Positions 20,239 through 30,709 of a DNA stretch of 64,000 nt are shown here, in pieces. The notes under the pieces are model-generated. The model had not been told where the DNA came from, searched no databases, and was given only the letters and a program-made list of their open reading frames with translations. Position 1 is the stretch's first letter; each line of letters starts with the position of its first letter. Source of the DNA: Marine Group II euryarchaeote MED-G38. GTDB lineage: Archaea; Thermoplasmatota; Poseidoniia; Poseidoniales; Thalassarchaeaceae. The stretch spans positions 28,425-92,424 of the forward strand of contig NTJP01000007.1 of assembly GCA_002457145.1 (NCBI GenBank). Direction: 5' to 3'. The position numbers were made by a program, and so were the translations under genes.

Positions 20239-20814
20239 GTGGGAGTAAATTACGAGAGAGAACTGCGGTCGGTTTTGGCAGGAGAATTAAAAGGAATAAG
20301 GGCCGTTACGAGGTCATGTACCGAAATAGAAAGAGCGCAGGCAATGCAAGTAATGCAAAGGCCTTTTCTTGTTGTTAGGGCACCAGGAAGTGGTTCAGAG
20401 GGAACAGGGGATTTATTGGCTTTAAGGGGAGATATATGTTTCCCAATAGAGGTTAAATCTTCAAAAGAAAGTAAACTTTATTTATCCGGGAGAACTGTCC
20501 ATCAGTATAATTCATTAAAAGAAGTTGGAGAAAGATGTGGTTTAATGCCCCTATATGCATATAGATTGAAGGGAGTAAGAGGAGATAGTTGGAGAATAAT
20601 GAGAGTAGAGAGTGCCAATCTAACTGGTAAACTAAGACAATTATCTCGGAAAATTCCTTCTTTACCACTCACTAGAAATGGAACTCCATATTTAGGATGG
20701 GAGCATGGTATGCCACTTAATCGATTTATTGCATTGGTTTGTGGTTCTGATAGTCCTTGGGATATTGGCCAATCTTTAGAAAAAACATCTTTTGGAGAAA
20801 TCCTTATTTCATAA
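20239..20814 (+). CDS. hjc: Holliday junction resolvase Hjc-family PD-(D/E)XK nuclease
   Basis: G..YERELR, VRAPGSG, DLLALRG...IEVKSS. Start moved to GTG 20239 (track start 20173). Confidence 0.82.
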   Translation: MGVNYERELRSVLAGELKGIRAVTRSCTEIERAQAMQVMQRPFLVVRAPGSGSEGTGDLLALRGDICFPIEVKSSKESKLYLSGRTVHQYNSLKEVGERCGLMPLYAYRLKGVRGDSWRIMRVESANLTGKLRQLSRKIPSLPLTRNGTPYLGWEHGMPLNRFIALVCGSDSPWDIGQSLEKTSFGEILIS

Positions 20815-20822
20815 ATATTTTT

Positions 20823-21917
20823 TTAATCTTTAACAAAGCCTTTCCATGATTTCATATAATCAATAAATATTTGGCTGAGATCTGCCTTTCTTAGGTGTGA
20901 AGTTGAAAATGGTGGTTTTTGAGGTTTATATCCTTCTTCGGTTATTTTACTGGCCCAGTCAGGATGGGCGATTCCTGCACGGGCCACGCCAACAAAATCA
21001 GCACCTTGAGCGAATACAGATTGAACGTCATGAATGTCCCATATACCTCCAGTACAAATTATTGGAGGTAAATTATCTATTGTACTTGTAAACCATTCAG
21101 TAAGGAATCGAGGATCTTCTGGCTCACATTTAGAACGAGAAAATGAATCCCAGCAAGATAGATGTAAGAAATCAATTCCCTCATCGCATAAAATTTTAGA
21201 TAGAGTAATACTATCATGGAGATCTATTCCGATTTTATGAATCTCCGGAGAAATCCTGATGCCTATGATAAAATCTTTAGGAACATTTAATTTTATTGAA
21301 CGTATTATCTCAATAAGAAATTTTGATCGATTTTTTATTTTTCCTCCCCATTTATCCGATCGGCGGTTTGTTTCGGAGCCCAAAAATTGACTAATTAGAT
21401 AACCATGTGCTCCATGTATTTCAATACCATCAAAACCGGCCTCGAAACATCTTAATGCAGCATTCTTAAAGTCATTAATTAATCTAATTATATCTTTCTC
21501 TGAAGCCTCTCTTGAATATTTATTATATGATTCATCACATCTATTCTTACTAGCCGAAATTGGTTGAAGTCCAGTTAATTTTTGAGGTGCGCGCATTCCT
21601 GCATGAAATATTTGGGCAATTGATATTGCACCATTTTGTTTTATATTATTTGCTAAATCGGATAAACCAGGTATATGAAAATCATCAAATATTCCGAATT
21701 CTCCTTCCCATCCCTGTCCGTCTCTTGATACATGAGTTGCTGCTGTAGTAATTATTCCAAAACCATCTCTCGCCCTTCTTGTTAGCCATTTTATTTCATC
21801 ATCAGATAGTATGCCATTTTGGAGGCTTTGTTTATTTGTCATAGCAGCTAAAACTGTTCTATTTCTAACATAATGTCCTGTTCTCTCAAAGATAAAAGCT
21901 TCACCAACAATAGACAT
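20823..21917 (-). CDS. NADH:flavin oxidoreductase (old yellow enzyme family)
   Basis: LAAMT, QIFHAG, AGFDGIEIHGAHGYLISQFL, NRRSDKWGG. Confidence 0.93.
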   Translation of the reverse strand: MSIVGEAFIFERTGHYVRNRTVLAAMTNKQSLQNGILSDDEIKWLTRRARDGFGIITTAATHVSRDGQGWEGEFGIFDDFHIPGLSDLANNIKQNGAISIAQIFHAGMRAPQKLTGLQPISASKNRCDESYNKYSREASEKDIIRLINDFKNAALRCFEAGFDGIEIHGAHGYLISQFLGSETNRRSDKWGGKIKNRSKFLIEIIRSIKLNVPKDFIIGIRISPEIHKIGIDLHDSITLSKILCDEGIDFLHLSCWDSFSRSKCEPEDPRFLTEWFTSTIDNLPPIICTGGIWDIHDVQSVFAQGADFVGVARAGIAHPDWASKITEEGYKPQKPPFSTSHLRKADLSQIFIDYMKSWKGFVKD

Positions 21918-21921
21918 AATA

Positions 21922-22359
21922 TTACGCCTTTCTTACTATTATTCCTGCTTCTTTCATCATTTTTGATGCAATTTCGAAATCTGATTGCCATCTTTCTGGT
22001 ATTTCAATATCAGATGGATAGACTACCTCACTGATTCCTGCCTGTATTAATGACCTAGAACATCGTGAGCACGGAGGCCATGTAACATATGCCATGGTAC
22101 CCTTAAGAGAAACTCCAATACGAGCAGCGTGCATAATCGCATTTTCCTCGGCATGACATATCATAGGATATTTTTGATTACGATCTTCTAATCTCTCTGA
22201 CGTATCATCAATGCCCCTGGGAAATCCGTTAAATCCCGTAGAACGTATTTCTCTATCTTCACCTACTATAATACATCCGACTTTAGTTGAGGGGTCTTTG
22301 CTCCATTTAGAAATATGCTTTGCTAAATCGATAAACCTTAGGTCCCACTTGCCGGACAT
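21922..22359 (-). CDS. dCMP deaminase family protein
   Basis: SKDPSTKVG, HAEENAI, PCSRC. Start moved to ATG 22359. Confidence 0.92.
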   Translation of the reverse strand: MSGKWDLRFIDLAKHISKWSKDPSTKVGCIIVGEDREIRSTGFNGFPRGIDDTSERLEDRNQKYPMICHAEENAIMHAARIGVSLKGTMAYVTWPPCSRCSRSLIQAGISEVVYPSDIEIPERWQSDFEIASKMMKEAGIIVRKA

Positions 22360-22394
22360 ATACCATGGCGTGAGTGAGTGGCTAATCATACTGC

Positions 22395-23624
22395 CTACTT
22401 TAATGGTGGATGGATTGTTAAGATATCATACATATCCAAAGAGTCTCTAACAATTACATAATTCATAATCTCGCCAACTAAATATATACTACCTATTATC
22501 AATACAGAACAATCTAATTTTTTAGCTATAATTTCTAATTTAGTAATAGCATCATGTAAATCATATATGATTTCTAATTCACTCAAACCTAACTTCTCTA
22601 ATTCGTCGAGTATATTTTGAGGATCAATGGGTCTTTTTCGTCCTTTTGAAGGCTCAGTAACTATTGTATGTAATATTCTTGATTGCCCTCTAAAAGGAGA
22701 TAACGTTTCATAAATATCTGGTTTAGAAGTCATGCCAATCAGCATGACAACTTCTTCATCAAGTGAATTTAACTCATTTTCAATACTCTCGATATTATGA
22801 GCAGCACTAACTCTGCATCTTATTCCTGGAATCCAACTAATGTTATCTTCTGATCTACCAAGCCAATTAAGTTGATAGTCGTCTATTTTCCAACCCAAAT
22901 AATTAGCTATATATATAGCATATTCCTTTGATATATCCCATGCTTTTAAAGATCTTGGATTAAACCACTTTAAATCGCTTCCAGCAATTTTTGTGAAGAC
23001 TTCTCTTACGTCATAGTCTGAATGAAATAGAGAAAATAATGGAATATTTGGACGATATATATGTGCTTTCTCTGAAGCAATTTCTACTAACGTTTCTCCC
23101 AATATTTCTGAATGATCTTTGGAAATAGTAGTTATAGCACAAAGTTGCGCTTCTACTAATCTAGTTGAATCTAGACGTCCTCCAAGTCCTGTTTCAATGA
23201 TGGCAATATCTATTTTTGATTCTGAAAATGCAAGTAATGATGTAAGGAAGGTGATTTCAAAATATGTAGGTTCTATTATTGGCTCAATTAATGATACTTC
23301 GTGCACTAAAGATAAGCATCTGTTAAATAAATCTGAGCTTACTGGCCTTCCGTCAATTCTGGCTCTTTCTTCAACAGTAATTAAATGTGGAGATGAAAAT
23401 AAACCTACTAAGAGACCATTTTTTGAACCAATTGCAGATAAATTAGCACATAATGATCCTTTTCCATTAGTTCCAGCCACATGTATGGAAGAGAACTTTT
23501 TTTGAGGATTTCCAAGTCTATTAAGCATCTCAGTACAATTATTTAATCCCAGTTTAATTCCTGAACTGATACTCTTTTTCAGCCATATTTTAGGTGCTTG
23601 AATACCACGGCCAGTGAGGTCCAT
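22395..23624 (-). CDS. folC: Folylpolyglutamate/dihydrofolate synthase family Mur-type ligase (divergent C-terminal half)
   Basis: HVAGTNGKGS, SPHL...ER, ETGLGGRLDST, GSIYLVG. Start moved to ATG 23624 to avoid overlap with the divergent gene. Confidence 0.82.
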   Translation of the reverse strand: MDLTGRGIQAPKIWLKKSISSGIKLGLNNCTEMLNRLGNPQKKFSSIHVAGTNGKGSLCANLSAIGSKNGLLVGLFSSPHLITVEERARIDGRPVSSDLFNRCLSLVHEVSLIEPIIEPTYFEITFLTSLLAFSESKIDIAIIETGLGGRLDSTRLVEAQLCAITTISKDHSEILGETLVEIASEKAHIYRPNIPLFSLFHSDYDVREVFTKIAGSDLKWFNPRSLKAWDISKEYAIYIANYLGWKIDDYQLNWLGRSEDNISWIPGIRCRVSAAHNIESIENELNSLDEEVVMLIGMTSKPDIYETLSPFRGQSRILHTIVTEPSKGRKRPIDPQNILDELEKLGLSELEIIYDLHDAITKLEIIAKKLDCSVLIIGSIYLVGEIMNYVIVRDSLDMYDILTIHPPLK

Positions 23625-23665
23625 GTGAGGGTCAAAGTGAAATGTGTATTGAATGTCGTGGAAGC

Positions 23666-24748
23666 ATGTCAGAGTATAATGTGTCGGAAATATTACAGGC
23701 AATGCGTGAACAATGGGTTTCAATGACGGGAATGGCAGGTATGTTTGTTAGTTCGATTTTATTGGGTTTATTCATACAGCCTGTATATAATTTTGACACA
23801 GCAAGGGCCTTCGGAGAGGAAGGTACAACAAAAGCGGGAAATATATTATTCGAATTAGTAATGATTTTTATATTTACAATATTAATAATTTGGTTGGCAA
23901 GAAAGGGATTAGATTACTTGATTAAAGGGATTGTGATGGTGGCCCTTTGGTTTAGCCTATTGTATACGATATACCCTATGACTTGGCTATTAGTAGTTTT
24001 AACTGATATAATAACGAATGGTTTTTTCTCAGATAATTTACTAGAAAATTTTATTATATTTGGAGCGATAATATTTAGTGTTGGACTAATGATTTATTTG
24101 AATAAATATCCAGAATGGTATGTAGTGAATAGCGTAGGAGTATTGGTTGGAGCAGGTGTAATTACAATGATTGGCATATCTTTTACACCTGTATTAATTA
24201 TTTTATTTATGACCTTGGCGGCAATATATGATCATTGGGCTGTAAATAAAAGTAAACATATGCTTGAATTGGCAGATACTATGATTGGGCTAAAATTACC
24301 GGTATTATTGGTTGCACCCAAGGAGAAAGGGTATTCGTTTAGGGAGCAAAATGATAAAATAATGCAAGATGAGATAATAGATTCTACAAAAGAAAAAGTT
24401 ACAATGCCGGAAAATAAGTCCAGAGATGCGTTGTTCATGGGATTGGGTGATGTAATTTTTCCAGGAATGTTAGTCATTTCAAGTGTTACCTTCTTACCCG
24501 AAATTGGACCTATCGTATTTGATTTCTGGCCGGGTAGTGAACCAATTTATTATGGCCCAATGTTGGTTGGTTTGGGTACTCTAGTCGGAGGTTTATTCGG
24601 TTATCTAGCCCTTATGACTCAAGTTGCCAGAGGAAAGCCACAAGCTGGACTTCCTTTATTGAACGGAGGTAGTATTCTTGGTTACATTATTTCAGGAACA
24701 ATTGCTATCGGATTTGATCAACTATGGCATAACATTACCCTATTATAA
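23666..24748 (+). CDS. Presenilin-family GxGD intramembrane aspartyl protease
   Basis: AIYD, MGLGD and PQAGLP motifs; multiple TM helices. Confidence 0.92.
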   Translation: MSEYNVSEILQAMREQWVSMTGMAGMFVSSILLGLFIQPVYNFDTARAFGEEGTTKAGNILFELVMIFIFTILIIWLARKGLDYLIKGIVMVALWFSLLYTIYPMTWLLVVLTDIITNGFFSDNLLENFIIFGAIIFSVGLMIYLNKYPEWYVVNSVGVLVGAGVITMIGISFTPVLIILFMTLAAIYDHWAVNKSKHMLELADTMIGLKLPVLLVAPKEKGYSFREQNDKIMQDEIIDSTKEKVTMPENKSRDALFMGLGDVIFPGMLVISSVTFLPEIGPIVFDFWPGSEPIYYGPMLVGLGTLVGGLFGYLALMTQVARGKPQAGLPLLNGGSILGYIISGTIAIGFDQLWHNITLL

Positions 24749-24801
24749 TCAAAATTGCCGATTGATTGAAGGGCGAATGTCTATTCCTAGAGGTTGTTAG
24801 T

Positions 24802-26082
24802 ATGTTAGACATTAAATTGTTTAGGGAAAATAGGAATATCATTCTTGCAGATCATATCAAGAGAAAAATTTCTAATAATAATATCAATGAAGTAATTAGA
24901 TTAGACGAAGAATGGCGAAAAGTAAGGTATGATTCAGATGTATTACGTAAAGAACGTAATGAAGGTGCAAGAGGTATCGCTGCAGCGAAAAAAAATAATG
25001 ATTTAGAGAAAGTCAATAATATAATGGAAAAAGTTGCAATTATTGGTTCAAAAATCGATGAATTGGCGATTTTGGCTGATAAGTATTTACAAGAAAGAGA
25101 TTCGTTAAGAATGAAAATTCCAAACATACTTCATGAAACTGTCCCTGTTGGTGAAGATGATCAGAAGAACACATTACATAGTTTACACGGAAATAAAATA
25201 AAATTAGATTTCGATGCAAAGACTCATAATGAAATTTTAGAAGAAAACGGATGGGTAGACTTAGAAAGAGGTGCAAAGGTAACAGGAAGCAGATTTTATT
25301 TTCTCAAAGGAGACTTGGCAAGACTCGAGTTAGCATTACAAATTTATTCCTCTAATTTTTTGATGGATAGAGACTATACCCTTATACAACCGCCGTTAAT
25401 GATGAATAGAGAGTCGTACGAAGGAGTCACTGATCTTAGTGATTTCGAGAATGTAATGTATGGGATAAAACCGGATGAATATTATCTAATTGCCACAAGT
25501 GAACACCCTTTAACAGCAATGAGGATGGGAGAGATAATAGAGCCATCTGAATTACCGATTAAATTGGTTGGTATTTCACAATGCTTCAGAAGAGAAGTTG
25601 GAGCACATGGGCTTTCTGATAAAGGAATTTGGAGAGTTCATCAATTTACTAAGGTGGAACAAGTCGTCATTTGTCATCCAGATGACTCATGGAAACATCA
25701 TGAAGATTTATTAAAAAATGCTATTGATTTATGGACTAATCTGGGGATTCATTTCCGTGTTGTAAATATATGTACTGGAGATATGGGCACAGTTGCATCA
25801 AAAAAATATGATTTAGAAGCATGGCTTCCCGGGGCAAATGAGTATAAAGAAGTAGTGTCTTGTTCTAATTGTACAGATTATCAGGCTAATAGGTTAAAAA
25901 TGCGCTATCGCACACCGGAAGGAAATTCTGCAGTACATACTTTGAACTCAACAGCGGTTGCAACAAGTCGTACTTTAGTTGCAATAATGGAGCAGTATCA
26001 GAATGAAAAGGGTCAAGTTGCAATCCCCGATGTTTTGCAATCATTAATGAATGGTCAAAAATACTTAGAGCCATTGAAATAA
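24802..26082 (+). CDS. serS: Seryl-tRNA synthetase (bacterial-type)
   Basis: MLDIKLFR start behind GAGGT, N-terminal coiled coil, ATSEHP, FRREVG, EVVSCSNCTDYQ. Confidence 0.97.
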   Translation: MLDIKLFRENRNIILADHIKRKISNNNINEVIRLDEEWRKVRYDSDVLRKERNEGARGIAAAKKNNDLEKVNNIMEKVAIIGSKIDELAILADKYLQERDSLRMKIPNILHETVPVGEDDQKNTLHSLHGNKIKLDFDAKTHNEILEENGWVDLERGAKVTGSRFYFLKGDLARLELALQIYSSNFLMDRDYTLIQPPLMMNRESYEGVTDLSDFENVMYGIKPDEYYLIATSEHPLTAMRMGEIIEPSELPIKLVGISQCFRREVGAHGLSDKGIWRVHQFTKVEQVVICHPDDSWKHHEDLLKNAIDLWTNLGIHFRVVNICTGDMGTVASKKYDLEAWLPGANEYKEVVSCSNCTDYQANRLKMRYRTPEGNSAVHTLNSTAVATSRTLVAIMEQYQNEKGQVAIPDVLQSLMNGQKYLEPLK

Positions 26083-26086
26083 TAGA

Positions 26087-26587
26087 TTAATCATTAATCT
26101 CAACTAAAAGAGCATCCATATCAACTCTTTGCCCTACTTCATGAAACAATGAAGTTACTTCTCCGTCTCTAGGAGATTGAATCTTATGTTCCATCTTCAT
26201 TGCCTCGATTACCATTATGTTCTGTCCCTTTCTTACCCTTTGCCCTTCCTTGACAAAAATTTGTATTATTGTCCCTGGCATAGGAGCGACTAGACTTCCT
26301 TCACTTTGTTTTTGAGAAGAATGTCCAACTTCATGAGCATTTACAATATGTACCCTTCCATCTAAATGGATCCAAAATGAATCTTTAATCTTGACTATAT
26401 GTACTAATTTAGATTTCTCAGCAGTTTTCAATAATAATCTATTTGAATTAGAATCTCGAGATACAGAAATATCTGAAATAGGAATTTCTTCATTTTCTCT
26501 CTTTAAACTAATTAGAGATATATTTCCATCACTGTCAACTATATCAACAGTATAACGAATTTTATCTTGTCCTATGCTCCATTCCAT
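26087..26587 (-). CDS. Biotin carboxyl carrier protein with N-terminal BT-like domain
   Basis: APMPG and EAMKME biotinylation motif. Confidence 0.92.
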   Translation of the reverse strand: MEWSIGQDKIRYTVDIVDSDGNISLISLKRENEEIPISDISVSRDSNSNRLLLKTAEKSKLVHIVKIKDSFWIHLDGRVHIVNAHEVGHSSQKQSEGSLVAPMPGTIIQIFVKEGQRVRKGQNIMVIEAMKMEHKIQSPRDGEVTSLFHEVGQRVDMDALLVEIND

Positions 26588-26596
26588 ATTTTTACC

Positions 26597-28153
26597 TCAG
26601 GGGAATATTCTTGATAATGTCTTAAATGGATCTCCGACATGCCCACTATAATTATCCATTATTCCATCGTTTATCGAGGAGGATGATTTTGTATTTATTC
26701 CTAATCTTTCTGCCGCCGATGCTATTACAATTAGATGAGAAGGGTCTATAGTCGGTTGAATGAAAATTGAATTATCGGCATTGTCCAGATAATCTGTAGT
26801 CATTCGTCCTTCAGAAAATCTATTTTGTTTGATTATATCTCTTAGGAAGCCTAAATTTGTAATTACTCCTAAGATTATGAAATCAGAAAGGGCTGTATCT
26901 AATTTTCTTAGAGCAGCTTTTCTATTTGGCGCGTGAACTATTAATTTAGCAAGCATTGGGTCAAAATCAATTGTTATTTCGTCGCCTTCACGGAAACCGG
27001 AATCTAATCTTATTCCTGGACCTGATGGACATTGCCATTTTGACAGTACCCCTGTTGCAGGCAGAAATCCATTTGATGGATTCTCGGCATAAATACGGGC
27101 TTCTATTGAATGACCATTAATGCCAATATCTTTTTGAATTAATCCTAAATCTATACCTGCGGCAATCTCAAACTGTTTCTGAACTATATCTATACCAGTA
27201 ATCAACTCTGTAATTGGGTGTTCAACTTGCAATCTTGTATTCATTTCCAGAAAAAAGAATTCTCCTTTTGAGGATAATAGAAATTCAACAGTTCCAGCCC
27301 CTACATAATTTACAGATTTGGCAGCTTTGAGTGCAGATTGGCCCATCAGTTGCCTAATATCATCAGACAGCGCGGGAGAGGGAGTTTCTTCTATTACCTT
27401 TTGATGACGGCGTTGCAAGGAGCAATCTCTTTCATTTAGGTGTACACAATTTCCATTCTCATCGCATAAAATCTGTATTTCTATGTGTCTCGCTTCTGCA
27501 AGTAATCTTTCTACATATACAGTCCCATCGCCAAAAGCTGCTGAAGCTTCTCTTGATGCAGCCTCATATTGAGATTTAAGATTCTTTGGCATATGAACAG
27601 CGCGCATTCCCTTGCCTCCGCCTCCTGCACTGGCTTTGAGTAACAATGGATATCCTACTCTCGCGGCTGCAGCTGCCAATGGTTCAATATATTCTTCACC
27701 ATCTTGAATAAATATCTCTTCACCAGGTATAATCGGTACCCCGGAATTAATCATCTTATTACGAGCAGAAATTTTATCACCCATAATTTTTATTGATTTT
27801 GGACTTGGCCCTATCCATATCAAGTTTGAATCAATGACAGCTTGGGCAAAATCAGAACGTTCAGAAAGAAAACCATAACCGGGGTGAATGGCCTCTGCGC
27901 CAGAATTTTTAGCTGCATTTAGAATTGCTTCTATATTCAAATAAGTCTCAGACAATAATTTACCAGGAAGGTGGATGGCTTCTTCAGAAATTTCAACATG
28001 TAATGACTTTGCATCTGAATCTGAGTAAATTGAAATTCCCCTTAAACCTGATTCTTTAGCCGCTTGTAGAATTCTTACTGCAATTTCTCCCCTATTAGCA
28101 ACTAATACTGATGAATATGGTTTTACGGCATTGAACATCCAATCGGGATACAT
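26597..28153 (-). CDS. Biotin carboxylase (methylcrotonyl-CoA carboxylase alpha-like, lacking the biotinyl domain)
   Basis: ANRGEIA, HPGYGFLSE, GGGGKGMR, QRRHQK, EMNTRLQVEH. ATG 28153 behind GGGTGA. Confidence 0.92.
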   Translation of the reverse strand: MYPDWMFNAVKPYSSVLVANRGEIAVRILQAAKESGLRGISIYSDSDAKSLHVEISEEAIHLPGKLLSETYLNIEAILNAAKNSGAEAIHPGYGFLSERSDFAQAVIDSNLIWIGPSPKSIKIMGDKISARNKMINSGVPIIPGEEIFIQDGEEYIEPLAAAAARVGYPLLLKASAGGGGKGMRAVHMPKNLKSQYEAASREASAAFGDGTVYVERLLAEARHIEIQILCDENGNCVHLNERDCSLQRRHQKVIEETPSPALSDDIRQLMGQSALKAAKSVNYVGAGTVEFLLSSKGEFFFLEMNTRLQVEHPITELITGIDIVQKQFEIAAGIDLGLIQKDIGINGHSIEARIYAENPSNGFLPATGVLSKWQCPSGPGIRLDSGFREGDEITIDFDPMLAKLIVHAPNRKAALRKLDTALSDFIILGVITNLGFLRDIIKQNRFSEGRMTTDYLDNADNSIFIQPTIDPSHLIVIASAAERLGINTKSSSSINDGIMDNYSGHVGDPFKTLSRIFP

Positions 28154-28164
28154 ACTAATCACCC

Positions 28165-29019
28165 TTATATTTCATCTTTCCAATCAGGATTTCTTCTTTC
28201 AAGAAATGAAGATAGTCCTTCTTGACCTTCTTTAGAACCGCGCATTTCGCTGGTCTTATCTAAAGTATATTGACGGAGTTGTAAATCATCACCTTTCCAG
28301 CGATCAAAAATCAATGTTAATTTTTTAGCTTCTGAAATAGCCATTGGACCTGTGCTCATAATTTCAACTATAATTTTATCAATAGATTTCGTAAAGTCAT
28401 AATTATCACTTACTATTTCATCAACAAAACCTATCCTTAATGCCTCTTTAGCATCTATTCTACCTGCCATCATAGATAATCTACGGAACTGAGCACTACC
28501 TATTCTTCGATATACATATGGGCCTATTACTGCAGGTAATATTCCAAGCTTTGCTTCAGAGAGTGCAATCTTCGAATTCGATTCCATAATTACATAGTCC
28601 AAACATGATATCAAACCGGCTCCACCCCCCAATGCAACCCCTTGAATGATTCCAATAGTAAAACAAGGATGTGACCAAAGAGAATAAAATAATTTGTCAA
28701 GTTGGATTGAGTCTTTTCTATTCTCTTCTACTGTTTTTGATCCTGCCTCACGCATCATGTTAATATCAGCACCTGCGCAAAAATGTTTTCCTTCTGATTT
28801 TAATATGAGAATTCTAAGATTCTTATCCCCATTTGAATCTATTAAATTATTATTCTCTCCTACTGAATGATTTTTTGACCATGATAATAGTAGTATCAAT
28901 TCATTGATTAACTCTTTATTTAGAGCGTTAAATACTTCTTTGCGCTTAATTGTTATTGTTACAATTGAATCTTTGACAGTCAATGTACAAAATTTTGTCT
29001 CTGGCTTTAAATCTGTCAT
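28165..29019 (-). CDS. Enoyl-CoA hydratase family, methylglutaconyl-CoA hydratase (LiuC)-like
   Basis: FCAGADI, ALGGGAGL, SEAKLGILPAVIGPY; lies between MCC subunits. Confidence 0.85.
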   Translation of the reverse strand: MTDLKPETKFCTLTVKDSIVTITIKRKEVFNALNKELINELILLLSWSKNHSVGENNNLIDSNGDKNLRILILKSEGKHFCAGADINMMREAGSKTVEENRKDSIQLDKLFYSLWSHPCFTIGIIQGVALGGGAGLISCLDYVIMESNSKIALSEAKLGILPAVIGPYVYRRIGSAQFRRLSMMAGRIDAKEALRIGFVDEIVSDNYDFTKSIDKIIVEIMSTGPMAISEAKKLTLIFDRWKGDDLQLRQYTLDKTSEMRGSKEGQEGLSSFLERRNPDWKDEI

Positions 29020-29029
29020 TTTCAAATCA

Positions 29030-30640
29030 TCACATCCTAAATACGCCATAATTTTGCTCTGGCATTGGAGCATTTAAAGAAGCAGAAATACATAATCCCA
29101 AAATATCGCGTGTATCTCTTGGATCTATTACTCCATCGTCCCAAATCCTGGAAGTTGAATAATAAGGAGACCCTTCTTCATCATATTTTTTAAGTATTGG
29201 ATCCCGAAATTCATTTAGAGAATTGCCAATCATTGGTATTTTTCCTTCTCTTGCTCTTTGATCTTGTTTTACTGTAGTTAATACATCTGCGGCTTGAGGC
29301 CCTCCCATTACAGAAATACGTGAATTAGGCCACATAAATACGAAACGGGGGTCGAAAGCGCGCCCACACATTCCATAATTTCCTGCTCCGTGAGAACCTC
29401 CTATTATTATAGTAAATTTTGGGACTGGAACACAAGAGACGGCAGTTACTAATTTTGCTCCATCTTTTGCTATACCTCCTGATTCGGCATCTTTACCAAC
29501 CATAAATCCAGTAATATTTTGTAGAAAAATTAATGGTATTCCTCTTTGTCCACATAATTCTACAAAATGTGCTCCTTTTAATGAAGACTCTGAAAATAAT
29601 ATCCCATTATTTGCTACAATTCCAACCGGATACCCATGAATTTTTGCGAAACCACATACCAAGGTCTGGCCATATCTATTCTTGAATTCATGAAATCTGG
29701 AACCATCAACAATTCTTGAAATTATTTCTCTAACATCATAGGAAGTCCTATTATCTATAGGTATGATTCCCATTAATTCTTCAGCATCATATTTTGGCTC
29801 TTCTACGATACTTGTATCAAGCCTATGTTTAGGTTTGATGTTTAGATTCTCAATAATATTTCGTACCATCCGTAAAGCTTCTGGTTCATCATCAGCGAAG
29901 TGATCTGCTACTCCTGAATCTCGGGTATGTACTACTGCCCCTCCTAATTCCTCAGCAGTTACTACCTCTCCTGTGGCAGATTTAACCAATGGAGGTCCCG
30001 CGAGAAATATTGTACCATTTTCTTTTACAATTATTGATTCATCTGACATCGCAGGGATATAAGCTCCACCGGCAGTACAAGATCCAAGAACGGCTGCTAC
30101 TTGCGATATTCCTTTACTAGAAAGCATAGCCTGATTTCTAAAGATTCTTCCAAAATGTAACTTATCAGGAAATACTTCATCCTGAAGTGGTAAAAAGGCT
30201 CCACCTGAATCAACGAGATAAATACAAGTTAGATTATTTTCTTCTGCTATCTCTTGTGCCCTGATATGTTTTTTGACAGTTAGAGGATAATATGAACCTC
30301 CTTTAATAGTAGCATCATTTGCAACAAACATACATTCTTTCCCATGGACTACACCAATCCCGGTAACAATTCCAGCAGAATGAGCTTTACCATCGTAGCA
30401 ATCATTTGCAGCTAGAGGAGACAATTCTAAAAAAGGAGTACCGGAATCGCATATATCTGAAATTCTCTCTCTTGCTAATTTTTTATTTCTACTTCTATGA
30501 CGATCGACATATTTTTTTCCTCCACCAAGTTTTACTTCAGCTAATTTTTCTCTTAAATCATTAACTAAAGTAATATTTTTTTCCTTACATCGGATAAAAT
30601 CCTGGCTTTTAGAATCAATGCGTGTGGGTAGCCTCTCCAT
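29030..30640 (-). CDS. Methylcrotonyl-CoA carboxylase carboxyltransferase (beta) subunit
   Basis: [42 protein letters not shown] end. Confidence 0.92.
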   Translation of the reverse strand: MERLPTRIDSKSQDFIRCKEKNITLVNDLREKLAEVKLGGGKKYVDRHRSRNKKLARERISDICDSGTPFLELSPLAANDCYDGKAHSAGIVTGIGVVHGKECMFVANDATIKGGSYYPLTVKKHIRAQEIAEENNLTCIYLVDSGGAFLPLQDEVFPDKLHFGRIFRNQAMLSSKGISQVAAVLGSCTAGGAYIPAMSDESIIVKENGTIFLAGPPLVKSATGEVVTAEELGGAVVHTRDSGVADHFADDEPEALRMVRNIIENLNIKPKHRLDTSIVEEPKYDAEELMGIIPIDNRTSYDVREIISRIVDGSRFHEFKNRYGQTLVCGFAKIHGYPVGIVANNGILFSESSLKGAHFVELCGQRGIPLIFLQNITGFMVGKDAESGGIAKDGAKLVTAVSCVPVPKFTIIIGGSHGAGNYGMCGRAFDPRFVFMWPNSRISVMGGPQAADVLTTVKQDQRAREGKIPMIGNSLNEFRDPILKKYDEEGSPYYSTSRIWDDGVIDPRDTRDILGLCISASLNAPMPEQNYGVFRM

Positions 30641-30709
30641 TGCCTTCAATACTCCAGATGACACATAAGTATTCAATTGAATTGGCTGATATTCAAAAAA
30701 ATGAAATAA

